DNA of 63,786 nucleotides, counting the filler, from an uncultured Acidimicrobiia bacterium (GTDB lineage: Bacteria > Actinomycetota > Acidimicrobiia > Spongiisociales > JAOTWH01): NCBI GenBank assembly GCA_964347285.1. It is 3 parts of 3 records of this genome, joined end to end, with 100 filler letters (N's around TTAATTAATTAA, not from the genome) between each part and the next. Parts side by side here need not be neighbours in the genome. Positions count along the whole stretch, not along the records: positions 49,364 to 63,786 come from CAYFYE010000063.1; 2 more parts are not named here. One strand, given 5' to 3'. The notes beneath the pieces were generated by a model, which saw only the letters and a program-made list of their open reading frames with translations, did not search any database and was not told the origin of the DNA. Positions 53,180 to 63,041 of this stretch are shown here, one piece after another (the first letter of the stretch is position 1; each line of letters opens with the position of its first letter). The position numbers were made by a program, and so were the translations under genes.

Positions 53180-54154
53180 ATGCAGACCTACCTGAAGGGC
53201 CGGGACATGATCACCACCCAGGAATGGTCCAAGGACGAGATCGACACCGTCCTCGACGTGGCTATGGATCTGAAGAGGATGCGCGCCCTCGGCATCGAGC
53301 ACCCCCTGCTGCGGGACAAGGTGCTGGCGATGCTGTTCTTCTTCTCGTCCACCCGGACCCGGGCCAGCTTCGAGGCGGGGATGGCCCAACTGGGCGGACA
53401 CGCCCAGTTCATCGAGTCGAAGACCACCCAGATCGCTCACGGCGACACCGCCACCGAGATCGGCGAGATCCTGGGCCGCTACAACGATGGCATCGCTATT
53501 CGCCAGGTGGATTGGGGAATCGGCAACAAGTACATCCGCGACGTGGCGGCGGCGTCGCGCACCCCTGTGCTCAACATGCAGTGCGAGATCTACCACCCGT
53601 TCCAGGTGCTGGCCGACCTACTGACGATCATCGAGCAGAAGGGGGATCCCGGCGGGCTAACCATCAACATGAGCTACGCCTACGCGGCCAGCTACCAGAA
53701 GCCGCTTTCGGTGCCGCAGTCGGTGATCCTGCTGATGAGCCGTTACGGCATGAACGTGCGCCTCACCCATCCGCCCGAGTTCATTCTCATGCCCGACATC
53801 GTGGCTCAGGCCGAGGAGAACGCGACGCGATCGGGAGGGTCCCTCGAGATCCTCGAGGACTTCGAGGAGGGCATGACGGGTGCCGATGTGGTCTACGCCA
53901 AGTCGTGGGGGTGCATGCTGACCACCGAGGACCCGGAGGAGTCGGCCAAGATCGGCGAGAAGTACCAGGACTGGATCACCGACGAGCGGCGGATGGGCCT
54001 GGCCAAGCCCGATGCCGTCTACATGCATCCGCTGCCCGCCGATCGCAACATCGAGGTGACCGATGACGTGATCGACGGTCCGCAGAGCGTCGTTTTCGAC
54101 CAGGCCGAGAACCGCCTCCACGTCCAGAAGGCGGTGATGGCGCTGACGATGTGA
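53180..54154 (+). CDS. YgeW-like knotted carbamoyltransferase
   Basis: STRTR, QIAHGDT, NMQC..YHPFQ, YAYAASYQKPLSVPQ, VVYAKSW and YMHPLPAD parallel E. coli YgeW motifs (QIAHGET, NLQC..DHPTQ, WAYSPSYGKPLSVPQ, YPKSW). Confidence 0.8.
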   Translation: MQTYLKGRDMITTQEWSKDEIDTVLDVAMDLKRMRALGIEHPLLRDKVLAMLFFFSSTRTRASFEAGMAQLGGHAQFIESKTTQIAHGDTATEIGEILGRYNDGIAIRQVDWGIGNKYIRDVAAASRTPVLNMQCEIYHPFQVLADLLTIIEQKGDPGGLTINMSYAYAASYQKPLSVPQSVILLMSRYGMNVRLTHPPEFILMPDIVAQAEENATRSGGSLEILEDFEEGMTGADVVYAKSWGCMLTTEDPEESAKIGEKYQDWITDERRMGLAKPDAVYMHPLPADRNIEVTDDVIDGPQSVVFDQAENRLHVQKAVMALTM

Positions 54155-54625
54155 CTCTTTGCTCGGCGGCCGGCCACTCTGTGACTTTGCTCGGCGGCCG
54201 GTGCCGCGACGAGCCCGTCGACCAGCAGCCGGCCGCCTCGCGGTGCTGCCGCCCCGCCGGACCCACCGCGTGGCTCGCCCGGAGGGCTCGCCTGGACCCA
54301 ACCCCGTGACTTTGCTTGGCGGCCGGGCACGATGGTCGGCGTCGATCTGCAGCCGGCCGCCTCGCGGTGCTGCCGCCCCACCCGGAGGCATCACCGGGCT
54401 CGCCCGCAGGGCTCGCTTGAATCCAACCCCGTGACCGTTTTCGGCGACCGGCCACGATGAGCGCCGTCGACCAGCAGCCGGCCGCCTCGCTGTGCTGCCG
54501 TCCCACCCGGAGGCATCACCGGGCTCGCCCGCAGGGCTCGCCTGAATCCAACCCCGTGACCGTTTTCGGCGATCGGCCACGATGAGCGCCGTCGACCAGC
54601 AGCCGGCCGCGTTGCGGTGCTGCCG
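54151..54625. repeat. Non-coding 125-bp tandem repeat array (about 3.5 copies plus a short partial copy)
   Basis: Units start with GTGAC at 54181, 54306, 54431 and 54556; shared CAGCCGGCCGC...GTGCTGCC and GGGCTCG...CCAACCCC; partial copy at 54151. Confidence 0.92.
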
Positions 54626-54667
54626 GCCCGTCGGAAGTCCAGCGGCGGAGCTGCCCGCCCGGCCCGG

Positions 54668-55633
54668 CTACTGCGCGGGTACGCCCACGACCGTGAACTC
54701 CAGATGGGGCGAGGGCACGCCGGGCGTGAATTCGCCAAAACAAGCGTTGACCGCGTAGATGGTGCTGCCGAACTTGGCCGCAGTCGTGGGGATCCGGAAG
54801 TCCGGGCTGGTCAGTGGGGCGTCGCTCACGACACCGGAGGTCAGCGATGGGTCGAGCGTCACGACGCCGATCTGATTGGAGAAATTCTGCACCACGTACA
54901 GGGTGCGGCCGGCCAGGACCAGACCATCTCCGTTCGGCACGCCGGCGCCTCCCAGGTCGATCTTGGAGGCGTAGCCGGTCCGGGAGTCCACCCGGTACAG
55001 GCTCGCGAAGGCCGTGTTCACGATCAGCCAATTGCCGTTGGGCGTGGCCTCGATGCCGTTCGCATTGGGGAACACCGCCGGGTCGAAGTCGAACTCGCCC
55101 CCGAGGGTGATTTCCTCAACGGCGGAGGGATCGGGCAGCTCGCCTCCCGCCCCAAGTGGGACCCGGTAGAGAACCGACCGTCCCGAGTCCGTGAAGTAGG
55201 CGGCATCGCGGGTCACGACGACATCGTTGATGAATACCCCGTTGAGCGGATACTCGGCCAGCTCGGCACCCGTCTCGGCGTCGTATACATAGGCCGATCC
55301 CGGAATGGGACCCAGGAACGGTCCGCCGCCGGCCACGAAGATCGCGTTGCTGCAGGTATCCGCGGCCAACCCCACGGCAATCCGGCCCTGTTGAGGCGGG
55401 ACCACCGTCTCACCGTCGCCGGTGCGCAGGTCGCCCCCGTACACGGCGCCGGTCAACAGCGAACCCACGAAGAAGTCGGTCCCGCGGCCAATCGCGATAC
55501 CTTCGGGCTGCCGACCGTTCGGAAGGTCGATCACTGCGGGAAACGTCTCGGGGTGTGGCGGAGTCGCCGACACCGACACCCCGGACGGGACCACCAGCGC
55601 CACGACCGCCAACACCTGAAGTAGCCGCTTCAT
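54668..55633 (-). CDS. Secreted SMP-30/gluconolactonase-like beta-propeller protein
   Basis: Signal peptide; QPEGIA, FINDVVV, YFTDS, NANGI, NGDGL, PTTAA; GAGGAGG RBS. Confidence 0.8.
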   Translation of the reverse strand: MKRLLQVLAVVALVVPSGVSVSATPPHPETFPAVIDLPNGRQPEGIAIGRGTDFFVGSLLTGAVYGGDLRTGDGETVVPPQQGRIAVGLAADTCSNAIFVAGGGPFLGPIPGSAYVYDAETGAELAEYPLNGVFINDVVVTRDAAYFTDSGRSVLYRVPLGAGGELPDPSAVEEITLGGEFDFDPAVFPNANGIEATPNGNWLIVNTAFASLYRVDSRTGYASKIDLGGAGVPNGDGLVLAGRTLYVVQNFSNQIGVVTLDPSLTSGVVSDAPLTSPDFRIPTTAAKFGSTIYAVNACFGEFTPGVPSPHLEFTVVGVPAQ

Positions 55634-55901
55634 CGTTCCTCCTCCCCTCGCGGGAGGCGAAACCTTGCATCTCGCCGTGCTTTCGGTGACGGAGCGCTCG
55701 AGCAGCCGCTGCCCGGACGATCCGGCGGCCACCGCGCCTAGCCGGCCGAGCATCGCGTCGGCCATCCGGGCCTGGGCCGCGCCGGTCGGCTCGGCGACCT
55801 CGGCCTGCTGCCGTTCCGTCGAGAGGCATTGCGCGGCTCGTTCGGAGGGGTACTCCCCGGGCCGCCGCGCCCCGCTCACCGAAACCGAGTAGAACTGGAC
55901 C

Positions 55902-56843
55902 ATGCCGCGCGCCGTAATTGCCATCGGGGGCAACTCCCTCATTGCCGACAGAGAGCACCAAACGGTCGAGGATCAGTACGAGGCGGCCAAGGAGACCACC
56001 GGGCACATCGCTGCGCTGATCGCGACCGGCTGGGAGGTGGCCATCTCCCACGGCAACGGACCCCAGGTCGGCTTCATCCTCCGTCGTTCCGAGCTGGCGG
56101 CCCACGAGCTGCACGAAGTGCCTCTCGACGTGTGCGGAGCCGACACCCAGGGCGCCATCGGCTACGCCCTTCAGCAGAATCTCTACAACCACTTTCGCCG
56201 CATGGGGGTCGAGCGGGAGGTGACCACCGTCGTCACCCAGGTAGAGGTGAGCGGGGACGATCCGGCCTTCAAGAACCCCTCCAAGCCCATCGGCTCGTTC
56301 ATGGATCAGCCCCAGGCCCAGCAGCGCCGAGAGCGGGACGGCTGGCACGTTGCGGAGGATGCCGGCCGGGGCTGGCGGCGGGTGGTGGCGTCTCCCGAAC
56401 CGTTGCGCATCGTCGAAGCCGAAGCCATTCGGCGCCTCATGGACGACGGCGTCGTCGTCATCGCCGTAGGGGGAGGAGGCATCCCGGTAGTGGCCGACGC
56501 CGAGGGAAACCTGTGGGGAGCGTCGGCGGTGATCGACAAAGACCTGGCGTCGGCGCTGCTGGCCCAGGTGATCGTTGCGGATCTCTTGCTGATCAGCACC
56601 GCCGTCGAGAAGGTAGCGCTCCACTTCGGCACCGATCGCCAGACGTGGGTCGCCAGCATGACTCTGGAAGAGGCCAAGGGCTACCTGGCTGAGGGGACCC
56701 ACTTCGCGGCGGGCAGCATGGCTCCCAAGATCCAAGCGGTGATCAACTATCTGGAGGCGGGAGGAGATCGGGCCATCATCACCGATCCGCCCAACATCGA
56801 GCGGGCCGTGGCCGGCGATACCGGGACCCACATCACGGCGTGA
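55902..56843 (+). CDS. arcC: Carbamate kinase
   Basis: AIGGNSL, HGNGPQVG, TQG.IGY, PSKPIG, WRRVVASP.P, AVIDKD, GSMAPKI. Confidence 0.95.
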   Translation: MPRAVIAIGGNSLIADREHQTVEDQYEAAKETTGHIAALIATGWEVAISHGNGPQVGFILRRSELAAHELHEVPLDVCGADTQGAIGYALQQNLYNHFRRMGVEREVTTVVTQVEVSGDDPAFKNPSKPIGSFMDQPQAQQRRERDGWHVAEDAGRGWRRVVASPEPLRIVEAEAIRRLMDDGVVVIAVGGGGIPVVADAEGNLWGASAVIDKDLASALLAQVIVADLLLISTAVEKVALHFGTDRQTWVASMTLEEAKGYLAEGTHFAAGSMAPKIQAVINYLEAGGDRAIITDPPNIERAVAGDTGTHITA

Positions 56844-58114
56844 TCCCCACTCCTACGCTCGACCACGTGCTCCGGCTGGAGTGCCTGGTGTGCAGGGAGC
56901 AGTACGACCCGGCCGACGTGGACTACGTGTGTCCCGAGCATGGGGCGGTGGGCACGCTCGACGTCGTCTACGACTACGAGCTGGTGGCCAGCCGTCTCAA
57001 GCGGCGCGACCTCCGCGACAGCCATGACACCACCATGTGGCGGTACAAGGCGCTGCTGCCGGTTCACTCCGACGCCGCGGTGCCTCCCTTGTCGATCGGC
57101 TGGACGCCGATATACCGGGCCGATCGCCTGGCGTCCGCCCTGGGCATCGGCGAGGTGTGGGTGAAGGACGACGGCCGCCAGCCCACGGCGTCGTTCAAGG
57201 ACCGGGCCTCGGCCGTTGCGGTCGTGAAGGCTCGGGAACGCCGGGCCGAGATCGTCACCACCGCTTCGACCGGCAACGCCGCAGCTGCACTCAGCGGAGT
57301 CAGCGCCAGCGTTGGCCAGCCCAACGTCATCTTCGTGCCGGAGTCGGCCCCCCAGGCCAAAGTGGCCCAGCTGCTGGCCTTTGGCTCGACGGTGCTGTTG
57401 GTCGAGGGCAGCTACGACCAGGCGTTCGATCTCTGCATGGAGGCCGCCGAGCGATTCGGCTGGTACAACCGCAATACCGGTGTCAATCCCTACATGACCG
57501 AGGGAAAGAAGACCGCCATGCTCGAGGTCTTCGAGCAGTTCGAGGGGGACCTCCCGGACGCGGTGATGGTGAGCGTGGGGGACGGCTGCATCATCGGGGG
57601 GCTGCACAAAGGGCTGACGGATCTGACCGCTCTGGGCTGGATCGAGGCGATGCCCAGACTCATCGGAGTCCAGGCCGAGGGCAGCAGCTTCTTCGTGCAG
57701 GCCTGGGAGAACAACGAGAACGTGCTCACCAAGCCGGCGGCGCCGGCCGACACCGTGGCCGACTCGATCTCAGCCGGGCTGCCCCGGGATCGCATCAAGG
57801 CAATGAAGGCGGTGCGGGACACCGGCGGCGAGTTCTTGGCCGTAAGCGATGCCGAGATCCTGGCCGCCATACCGGCCTTGGCGCGCGGCGCAGGGGTGTT
57901 TGCCGAGCCGGCCGCGGCGGCCTCCTATGCCGGCCTGGTGCAGGCGGCCGACCGGGGGATAGTTGGAGCCGACGACCGGATTCTGGTCATGTCCACCGGT
58001 TCCGGGCTCAAGGACGTCCCGGCGGCGATGGAGGCGGTGGAGGAGGCCGGGGTTGAGCCGGCGCGGGTGAAGCCGGAGCTTGGAGCCGTGGAGGAGGCCC
58101 TGGCCGCCCGGTGA
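56840..58114 (+). CDS. Threonine-synthase-like PLP enzyme (fold type II)
   Basis: N-terminal CxxC...C, PTASFKDR, ASTGNAA, EGKKT, SVGDG, FAEPAAAA, TGSGLKD. Confidence 0.85.
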   Translation: MIPTPTLDHVLRLECLVCREQYDPADVDYVCPEHGAVGTLDVVYDYELVASRLKRRDLRDSHDTTMWRYKALLPVHSDAAVPPLSIGWTPIYRADRLASALGIGEVWVKDDGRQPTASFKDRASAVAVVKARERRAEIVTTASTGNAAAALSGVSASVGQPNVIFVPESAPQAKVAQLLAFGSTVLLVEGSYDQAFDLCMEAAERFGWYNRNTGVNPYMTEGKKTAMLEVFEQFEGDLPDAVMVSVGDGCIIGGLHKGLTDLTALGWIEAMPRLIGVQAEGSSFFVQAWENNENVLTKPAAPADTVADSISAGLPRDRIKAMKAVRDTGGEFLAVSDAEILAAIPALARGAGVFAEPAAAASYAGLVQAADRGIVGADDRILVMSTGSGLKDVPAAMEAVEEAGVEPARVKPELGAVEEALAAR

Positions 58115-58178
58115 GCCCTCTTCTTGCTGGGCGTATCGGTCCGGGAGGGGCCAACCGTCGGCACGGTAGGGTTCTCCC

Positions 58179-59645
58179 ATGATCGACCTCTCCGTCAACG
58201 AGCAGGGCCTGGAGCGGGCCGTCGAGCAGGCCCGACAGCGCAACATCGTCATACCCACCTTCGCCCAGATGCGCGATCCGGGCCTGATTCCGGATTCGAT
58301 CAAGGCCGACCTCGAGCAGATCGGTCTGTGGGACCTCGATCCGCTGAACCTGTTCCGCATCAGCTGGCATAACGAGCCGGTGGAGAAAGGGGGCGGCTTT
58401 GGAGACGTCAACTACCTGGAGTTTCCCAGCGAGCTCACCGGCACCGAGGCCCGGATCGTGGCGCTGGTCGGCAAGTGGTTCCCCACCGGGGCCCACAAAG
58501 TGGGGGCCGCCTTCGGGTGCCTCGTGCCCCGGCTGGTGACCGGCCAGTTCGACCCCTCATCGCAGAAGGCGGCCTGGCCGTCGACCGGCAACTACTGCCG
58601 GGGTGGGGCCTACGACTCCAACCTGCTCGGCTGTGAGTCGATCGCCATCCTCCCCGAGGGAATGAGCAAGGAGCGCTTCGACTGGTTGGCCACCGTGGCC
58701 GGCGAGGTCATCAAGACTCCCGGTTCGGAGAGCAACGTCAAGGAGATCTTCGACAAGTGCAAGGAGTTGGCGGCGTCGGGGGAGGACATCGTCATCTTCA
58801 ACCAGTTCGACGAGTTCGGTAACTACCTCTGGCACTACGCGGTGACCGGGCCGGCGATGATGGAGGTCCTCGAGGAGGTGTTGGGGCCCGGGGATGCGTA
58901 TCGGGGGGTGACGGCCAACACCGGCTCGGCGGGGACGATCGGGTGCGGCGACTACCTCAAGCAGCAGTTTCCCACGTCGAAGGTGGCGGCCTCGGAGGCC
59001 CTGCAGTGCCCGACGCTCCTACTGAACGGGTTCGGGGCCCATCGCATCGAGGGCATAGGCGACAAGCACGTCCCCTGGATCCACAACGTGCGCAACACGG
59101 ACCTCGTGACCGCCATCGACGACGCCGCCCCGATGGCGCTGATCCGCCTCTTCAATGAACCGGCCGGCCAGGACTACCTGGCCGCTCAGGGAGTGCCGCC
59201 GGCCTTAATCGAGCAGCTGCCGCTCCTCGGTATCTCCGGAGTGGCCAACCTGCTGTCGGCGATCAAATTCGCCAAATGGTTCGAGATGGGGCCTCGGGAC
59301 GTGGTGCTGACGGTGGCCACCGACTCGATGGAGCTGTACCGCAGCCGCCTGGCTGAGCTGCGAGAGGACGAGGGAGACTTCAACGATACCGGCGCGGCCG
59401 CCGCCTATCACCGCTACCTGCTGGGGACAACCACCGACAACATGGGGGAACTCGACCACTACGGCCGCCGTCGCATTCACAATCTCAAGTACTTCACCTG
59501 GGTCGAGCAGCAGGGCAAGAGCGTCGACGACCTCGAAGCCCAGTGGTACGACCCGGAGTACTGGACCCGGATCCAGGACCTGGCCGGGCCCATCGACGAG
59601 CTCATCGAGGCGTTCAACGAGCGCACCGGGCTCCGGGCCACGTAG
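58179..59645 (+). CDS. Uncharacterised PLP-dependent beta-family (fold type II) enzyme
   Basis: FPTGAHKVG (PLP lysine), STGNY, MSKER, NQF, TGSAGT, HRIEGIG. Confidence 0.82.
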   Translation: MIDLSVNEQGLERAVEQARQRNIVIPTFAQMRDPGLIPDSIKADLEQIGLWDLDPLNLFRISWHNEPVEKGGGFGDVNYLEFPSELTGTEARIVALVGKWFPTGAHKVGAAFGCLVPRLVTGQFDPSSQKAAWPSTGNYCRGGAYDSNLLGCESIAILPEGMSKERFDWLATVAGEVIKTPGSESNVKEIFDKCKELAASGEDIVIFNQFDEFGNYLWHYAVTGPAMMEVLEEVLGPGDAYRGVTANTGSAGTIGCGDYLKQQFPTSKVAASEALQCPTLLLNGFGAHRIEGIGDKHVPWIHNVRNTDLVTAIDDAAPMALIRLFNEPAGQDYLAAQGVPPALIEQLPLLGISGVANLLSAIKFAKWFEMGPRDVVLTVATDSMELYRSRLAELREDEGDFNDTGAAAAYHRYLLGTTTDNMGELDHYGRRRIHNLKYFTWVEQQGKSVDDLEAQWYDPEYWTRIQDLAGPIDELIEAFNERTGLRAT

Positions 59646-59664
59646 CGCCGACGCTCGGCTGCGG

Positions 59665-60879
59665 CTAGTCGAAGTCGGCCTGGTCGAGTACCCGGGCGGC
59701 GACGTGGTCCCCGATCGCCAGCGATGCCGTTGCGGCCGGAGAGGGGGCATTGAGCACGTGGACCGCCCGCGGGGAATCGGCGAAGGCGAAGTCATCGACG
59801 AGCTTGCCGGTCGGGGCAACCGCCTGTGCTCGCACGCCCGACCCACCCGGGAGGAGGTCGTCCCGAACCACCTCGGGCACCAACCGCTGCAGGAACGCCG
59901 TCGCGGCCCGTTTGCTCAACGAGCGATACGCCTCGGCGAATCCGGTGCGCCAATAGGTACGGGCCAGCTTGGCGAAGCCCGGAGTGACCAGCGTTCTCCA
60001 CAGCTCGGACGGCTTGATGTGGCTCCACCGATAGCCCTCCCGGGCCAAGGCGAGGACGGCATTGGGGCCGACCTCCACGACCCCGTCCACCCGACGGGTG
60101 AAGTGGGCGCCCAGGAAAGGGAATCGCGGATCGGGAACCGGATAGACCATGCTCCGCACCAGGTGATCCCTCTCCGCCCGGAGCCGCTGGTACTCGCCGC
60201 GGAAGGGCACGATGGTGACCGGCGGATCAGCTCCGGCCAAACGGGCCACCCGGTCGGCGTACAGGCCGGCGCAGTTGACGAGGAAGCCGGTGGAGACGGC
60301 GCCCGCCGTGGTCTCGAGCAGGAGCTCACCGGCGCCATGGTGAATGGACTCCACCCGGGCGGTGGTACGGATCTCGGCGCCCATGCCCCGCAATCTCTTC
60401 GCCATGGCCGCAGCCACTGCGGTGAAATCCACGGCCCCGGCCGAGGCGACGTGGAGGGCCGCCAGGCCCCGGGCGTGGGGTTCGATCTCGGCCAGCTCAC
60501 CCGGACCGATCAGCCGTACTCCTTCCACACCGTTCTCAGCGCCCCGCCAGGCCAACTCGTGGAGTACCGGCAGCTCCTCCTCAGTGGTGGCCACGATCAC
60601 CTTGCCGTTGCGGGAGTACTCCACTCCTTCCTCTTCGCAGAAACGGATGAGGTGCCGGTACCCGTCGACGCACATCGCCGCCTTGGCCGAGCCGGGGGCG
60701 TAGTAGATGCCGGTGTGCAGTACTCCGCTGTTGTGGCCGGTTTGGTGCCGGGCCAGCCCGTCCTCTTTCTCGAGGACGACCAGGCGCAGCCCCGGACGGC
60801 GCCGCAGGACGCACAGCCCGGTGGCCAGGCCCACGATGCCGCCGCCGACGACGGCGATGTCGAAGTTCGGTCGGGCCAT
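59665..60879 (-). CDS. lhgO: L-2-hydroxyglutarate oxidase
   Basis: VGGGIVGLA, HQTGHNSGVLH, PFRGEY, YPVPDP.FPFLG.HFT, GVRAQ, NAPSPAATAS. Confidence 0.9.
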   Translation of the reverse strand: MARPNFDIAVVGGGIVGLATGLCVLRRRPGLRLVVLEKEDGLARHQTGHNSGVLHTGIYYAPGSAKAAMCVDGYRHLIRFCEEEGVEYSRNGKVIVATTEEELPVLHELAWRGAENGVEGVRLIGPGELAEIEPHARGLAALHVASAGAVDFTAVAAAMAKRLRGMGAEIRTTARVESIHHGAGELLLETTAGAVSTGFLVNCAGLYADRVARLAGADPPVTIVPFRGEYQRLRAERDHLVRSMVYPVPDPRFPFLGAHFTRRVDGVVEVGPNAVLALAREGYRWSHIKPSELWRTLVTPGFAKLARTYWRTGFAEAYRSLSKRAATAFLQRLVPEVVRDDLLPGGSGVRAQAVAPTGKLVDDFAFADSPRAVHVLNAPSPAATASLAIGDHVAARVLDQADFD

Positions 60880-61140
60880 GGCCGGAGCCTAGGTACGCGG
60901 GGTTTCGAGTCGCAGTTTTGGGATTCCCCGACCCGGGTGCCGAGACTTCAGATGCGGCGAATACCTCCGCCCGGTGAATCGTCTTCACGGGTCCGACCCC
61001 GACGGGGCCGGGGTACCCACGACCGCTGCCGGGCACCGAGGGCGCATGGGGTTTGGCCGCTGCGACGGGCGGTCACGCGGCGTCCACCACCCGCCTCGGG
61101 GCCCCAGCCCGGACCCGACGAAGGGGGCGCCGTTGGCCTG

Positions 61141-61537
61141 GCCGCCGTGGCCGAAGCGGGATTGATCAAGAAGTTCGGGATCGCCTCAGGAAGCCGGGTG
61201 CTCCTGCTGGACGCCCCGGCGGGGGTTTGGCTCCGATCTCGAGCCGCTTCCCGAGGGTGCCCGACCGTCGACGGCGGCCCGGGCTCCTTCGACATGGTGG
61301 CGGCCTTCGTGGCGTCCCGCGCAAGGCGGTCGAGCGAAGAGCGGCCACCGTGTTCAGGGTCTCCAAACCGGGTGGCCGGACCTGGCTGGTCTATCCCAAA
61401 GTGAGTTCGGGCCTCGGCGCCGACATCAACCGGGACATCCTCTAGGAGACGATGCTTCAGAAGGGGTGGCGACTGGTGTCCCAGTTCTCGGTCGACGCGA
61501 CCTGGTCGGCGGTGCGGCCCGGCCCTCCGGCGAGTAG
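61141..61537 (+). pseudogene. Disrupted DUF3052-like protein
   Basis: LIKKFGI...VLLLDAP, then a frameshift, then WLVYPKVSSG..DINRDIL*ETM..GWRLVSQFSVDATWSAVR with an in-frame TAG at 61443. Confidence 0.7.
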
Positions 61538-61616
61538 GGCGCTGAGGGGGGCCGGGTTCGGTCCGCGGGCGGCACTGGTCGGGGATCATCCATCGGGCCG
61601 CGGCTAGCTTGTCCCT

Positions 61617-62990
61617 ATGGCGACTCTCCTGGTGAAGAACGCCGAAGTGCTCGTCACCATGGACGACGCCGGTAGCGAGATCAACGGAGGGGGGCTCTTT
61701 GCCCGGGACGGGTTCATCGACCGGGTGGGCCCCGCCTCGGAACTGCCCGCCGAGGCGGACGAGGTCCTCGATCTGGCCGGCCACGCCGTGCTTCCCGGGC
61801 TCGTCAACACCCACCATCACCTCTATCAGACGCTGAGCCGGGCGGTTCCCGGCGCCCAGGACGCCGGGCTCTTCGACTGGCTGCGCACCCTCTACCCGAT
61901 CTGGGCCCGGCTCACTCCATCCGACGTGTACGTCTCCACCAAACTGGGCCTGGCCGAGCTGGCGTTGTCGGGCTGCACCACCAGCTCCGACCACCTCTAC
62001 CTGTGGCCCAACGGTTCCCGCCTCGACGACCAGGTGCGGGCGGCCCGTGAGGTCGGCCTGCGCTTCCACGCCGGGCGGGGCTCGATGAGCCTCGGGGAGA
62101 GCGCCGGGGGCCTTCCCCCCGACTCGGTGGTAGAGCCCGAGAACGAGATCTTCGCCGATACCCAGCGGGTCGTCGAGGCCTTCCACGATCCCGAGCCGGG
62201 GGCGATGATCCGGGTGGTGGTAGCGCCGTGTTCGCCGTTCTCGGTGACCCAGGACGCCATGCGGGAAGCGGCGGCGCTGGCTCGCCACTACGGCGTTCAC
62301 CTCCACACCCATCTGGCCGAGACCAAAGACGAGGAGGAGTTCTGCCTGGATACCTACGGCAAGCGTCCGGTCGAGCTGGCCGAATCGCTGGACTGGATGG
62401 GCCCCGACGTGTGGTTTGCCCACGGCGTCTTCGTCGATGAGGAGGAGGTGAGCCGCATGGCCGACGCCGGCACCGGGGTGGCGCACTGCCCGACGTCCAA
62501 CATGCGTCTGGCCTCGGGTATCGCCCCGGTGGCCGCCTACTCGGCGCACGGCGTCCGGCTGGGACTGGGCGTGGACGGTTCGGCGAGCAACGACGGCAGC
62601 CACATGCTGGCCGAGGCCCGCCAGGCCATGTTGGTAGCTCGGCTGGCGGCCGCCCCCGGGGTCGGTAAGGAGAGACCGCAGCTCAGTGCCCGCCGGGCTC
62701 TGGAGATGGCGACCCGGGGCGGGGCCGCAGTGCTGGGGCGCGACGACATCGGATCCCTGGAGCCGGGCAAGTGTGCCGACTTCTTCGCCGTGGACCTCGG
62801 CCGCATCGAGTATGCCGGAGCTCGCCATGATCCGGTGGCGGCGGTGGTGCTGTGCGCTCCGACTCCGGCCGCCTACACCTACGTGCACGGCCGCCCGGTG
62901 GTGGTCGAGGGCCGGTTTCCGGCCATCGACCTCGAAGCGTTGGTGCACACGCACAACCAGGCGGCGCAGCGACTGGTGGCGAGCGAGTAA
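61617..62990 (+). CDS. 8-oxoguanine deaminase (amidohydrolase superfamily)
   Basis: PGLVNTHHHLYQ, PCSPFS subfamily motif, HTHLAET, HCPTSN, GVDGSASND. Confidence 0.88.
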   Translation: MATLLVKNAEVLVTMDDAGSEINGGGLFARDGFIDRVGPASELPAEADEVLDLAGHAVLPGLVNTHHHLYQTLSRAVPGAQDAGLFDWLRTLYPIWARLTPSDVYVSTKLGLAELALSGCTTSSDHLYLWPNGSRLDDQVRAAREVGLRFHAGRGSMSLGESAGGLPPDSVVEPENEIFADTQRVVEAFHDPEPGAMIRVVVAPCSPFSVTQDAMREAAALARHYGVHLHTHLAETKDEEEFCLDTYGKRPVELAESLDWMGPDVWFAHGVFVDEEEVSRMADAGTGVAHCPTSNMRLASGIAPVAAYSAHGVRLGLGVDGSASNDGSHMLAEARQAMLVARLAAAPGVGKERPQLSARRALEMATRGGAAVLGRDDIGSLEPGKCADFFAVDLGRIEYAGARHDPVAAVVLCAPTPAAYTYVHGRPVVVEGRFPAIDLEALVHTHNQAAQRLVASE

Positions 62991-63041
62991 CCCCGACAGT
63001 CCATCGGGAACAGGGCGGCAGCCCGACTAGCTTTGGAGCCC

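Noticed and set aside
52197..54154. Calling the pair pyrB and argF
   Set aside because: The first lacks the aspartate-binding R-x-Q motif. The second lacks the OTCase SMG motif and matches YgeW motifs. No pyr or arg genes are adjacent.
54151..54625. Tandem array as a CRISPR array or coding repeat
   Set aside because: Whole 125-bp units repeat with no unique spacers, no cas genes are nearby, and the period is not a multiple of 3.
54668..55633. Superoxide dismutase (a frequent label for this family)
   Set aside because: No Cu/Zn or Fe/Mn SOD ligand motifs; only SMP-30-like propeller motifs are seen.
55902..56843. Arginine deiminase pathway
   Set aside because: No arcA or arginine/ornithine antiporter is in view, and the carbamoyltransferase is not a canonical ArcB.
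61443..61445. In-frame TAG as pyrrolysine or programmed readthrough
   Set aside because: The gene also has frameshifts, and the TAG is one substitution from a likely TGG codon, so simple decay explains it better.
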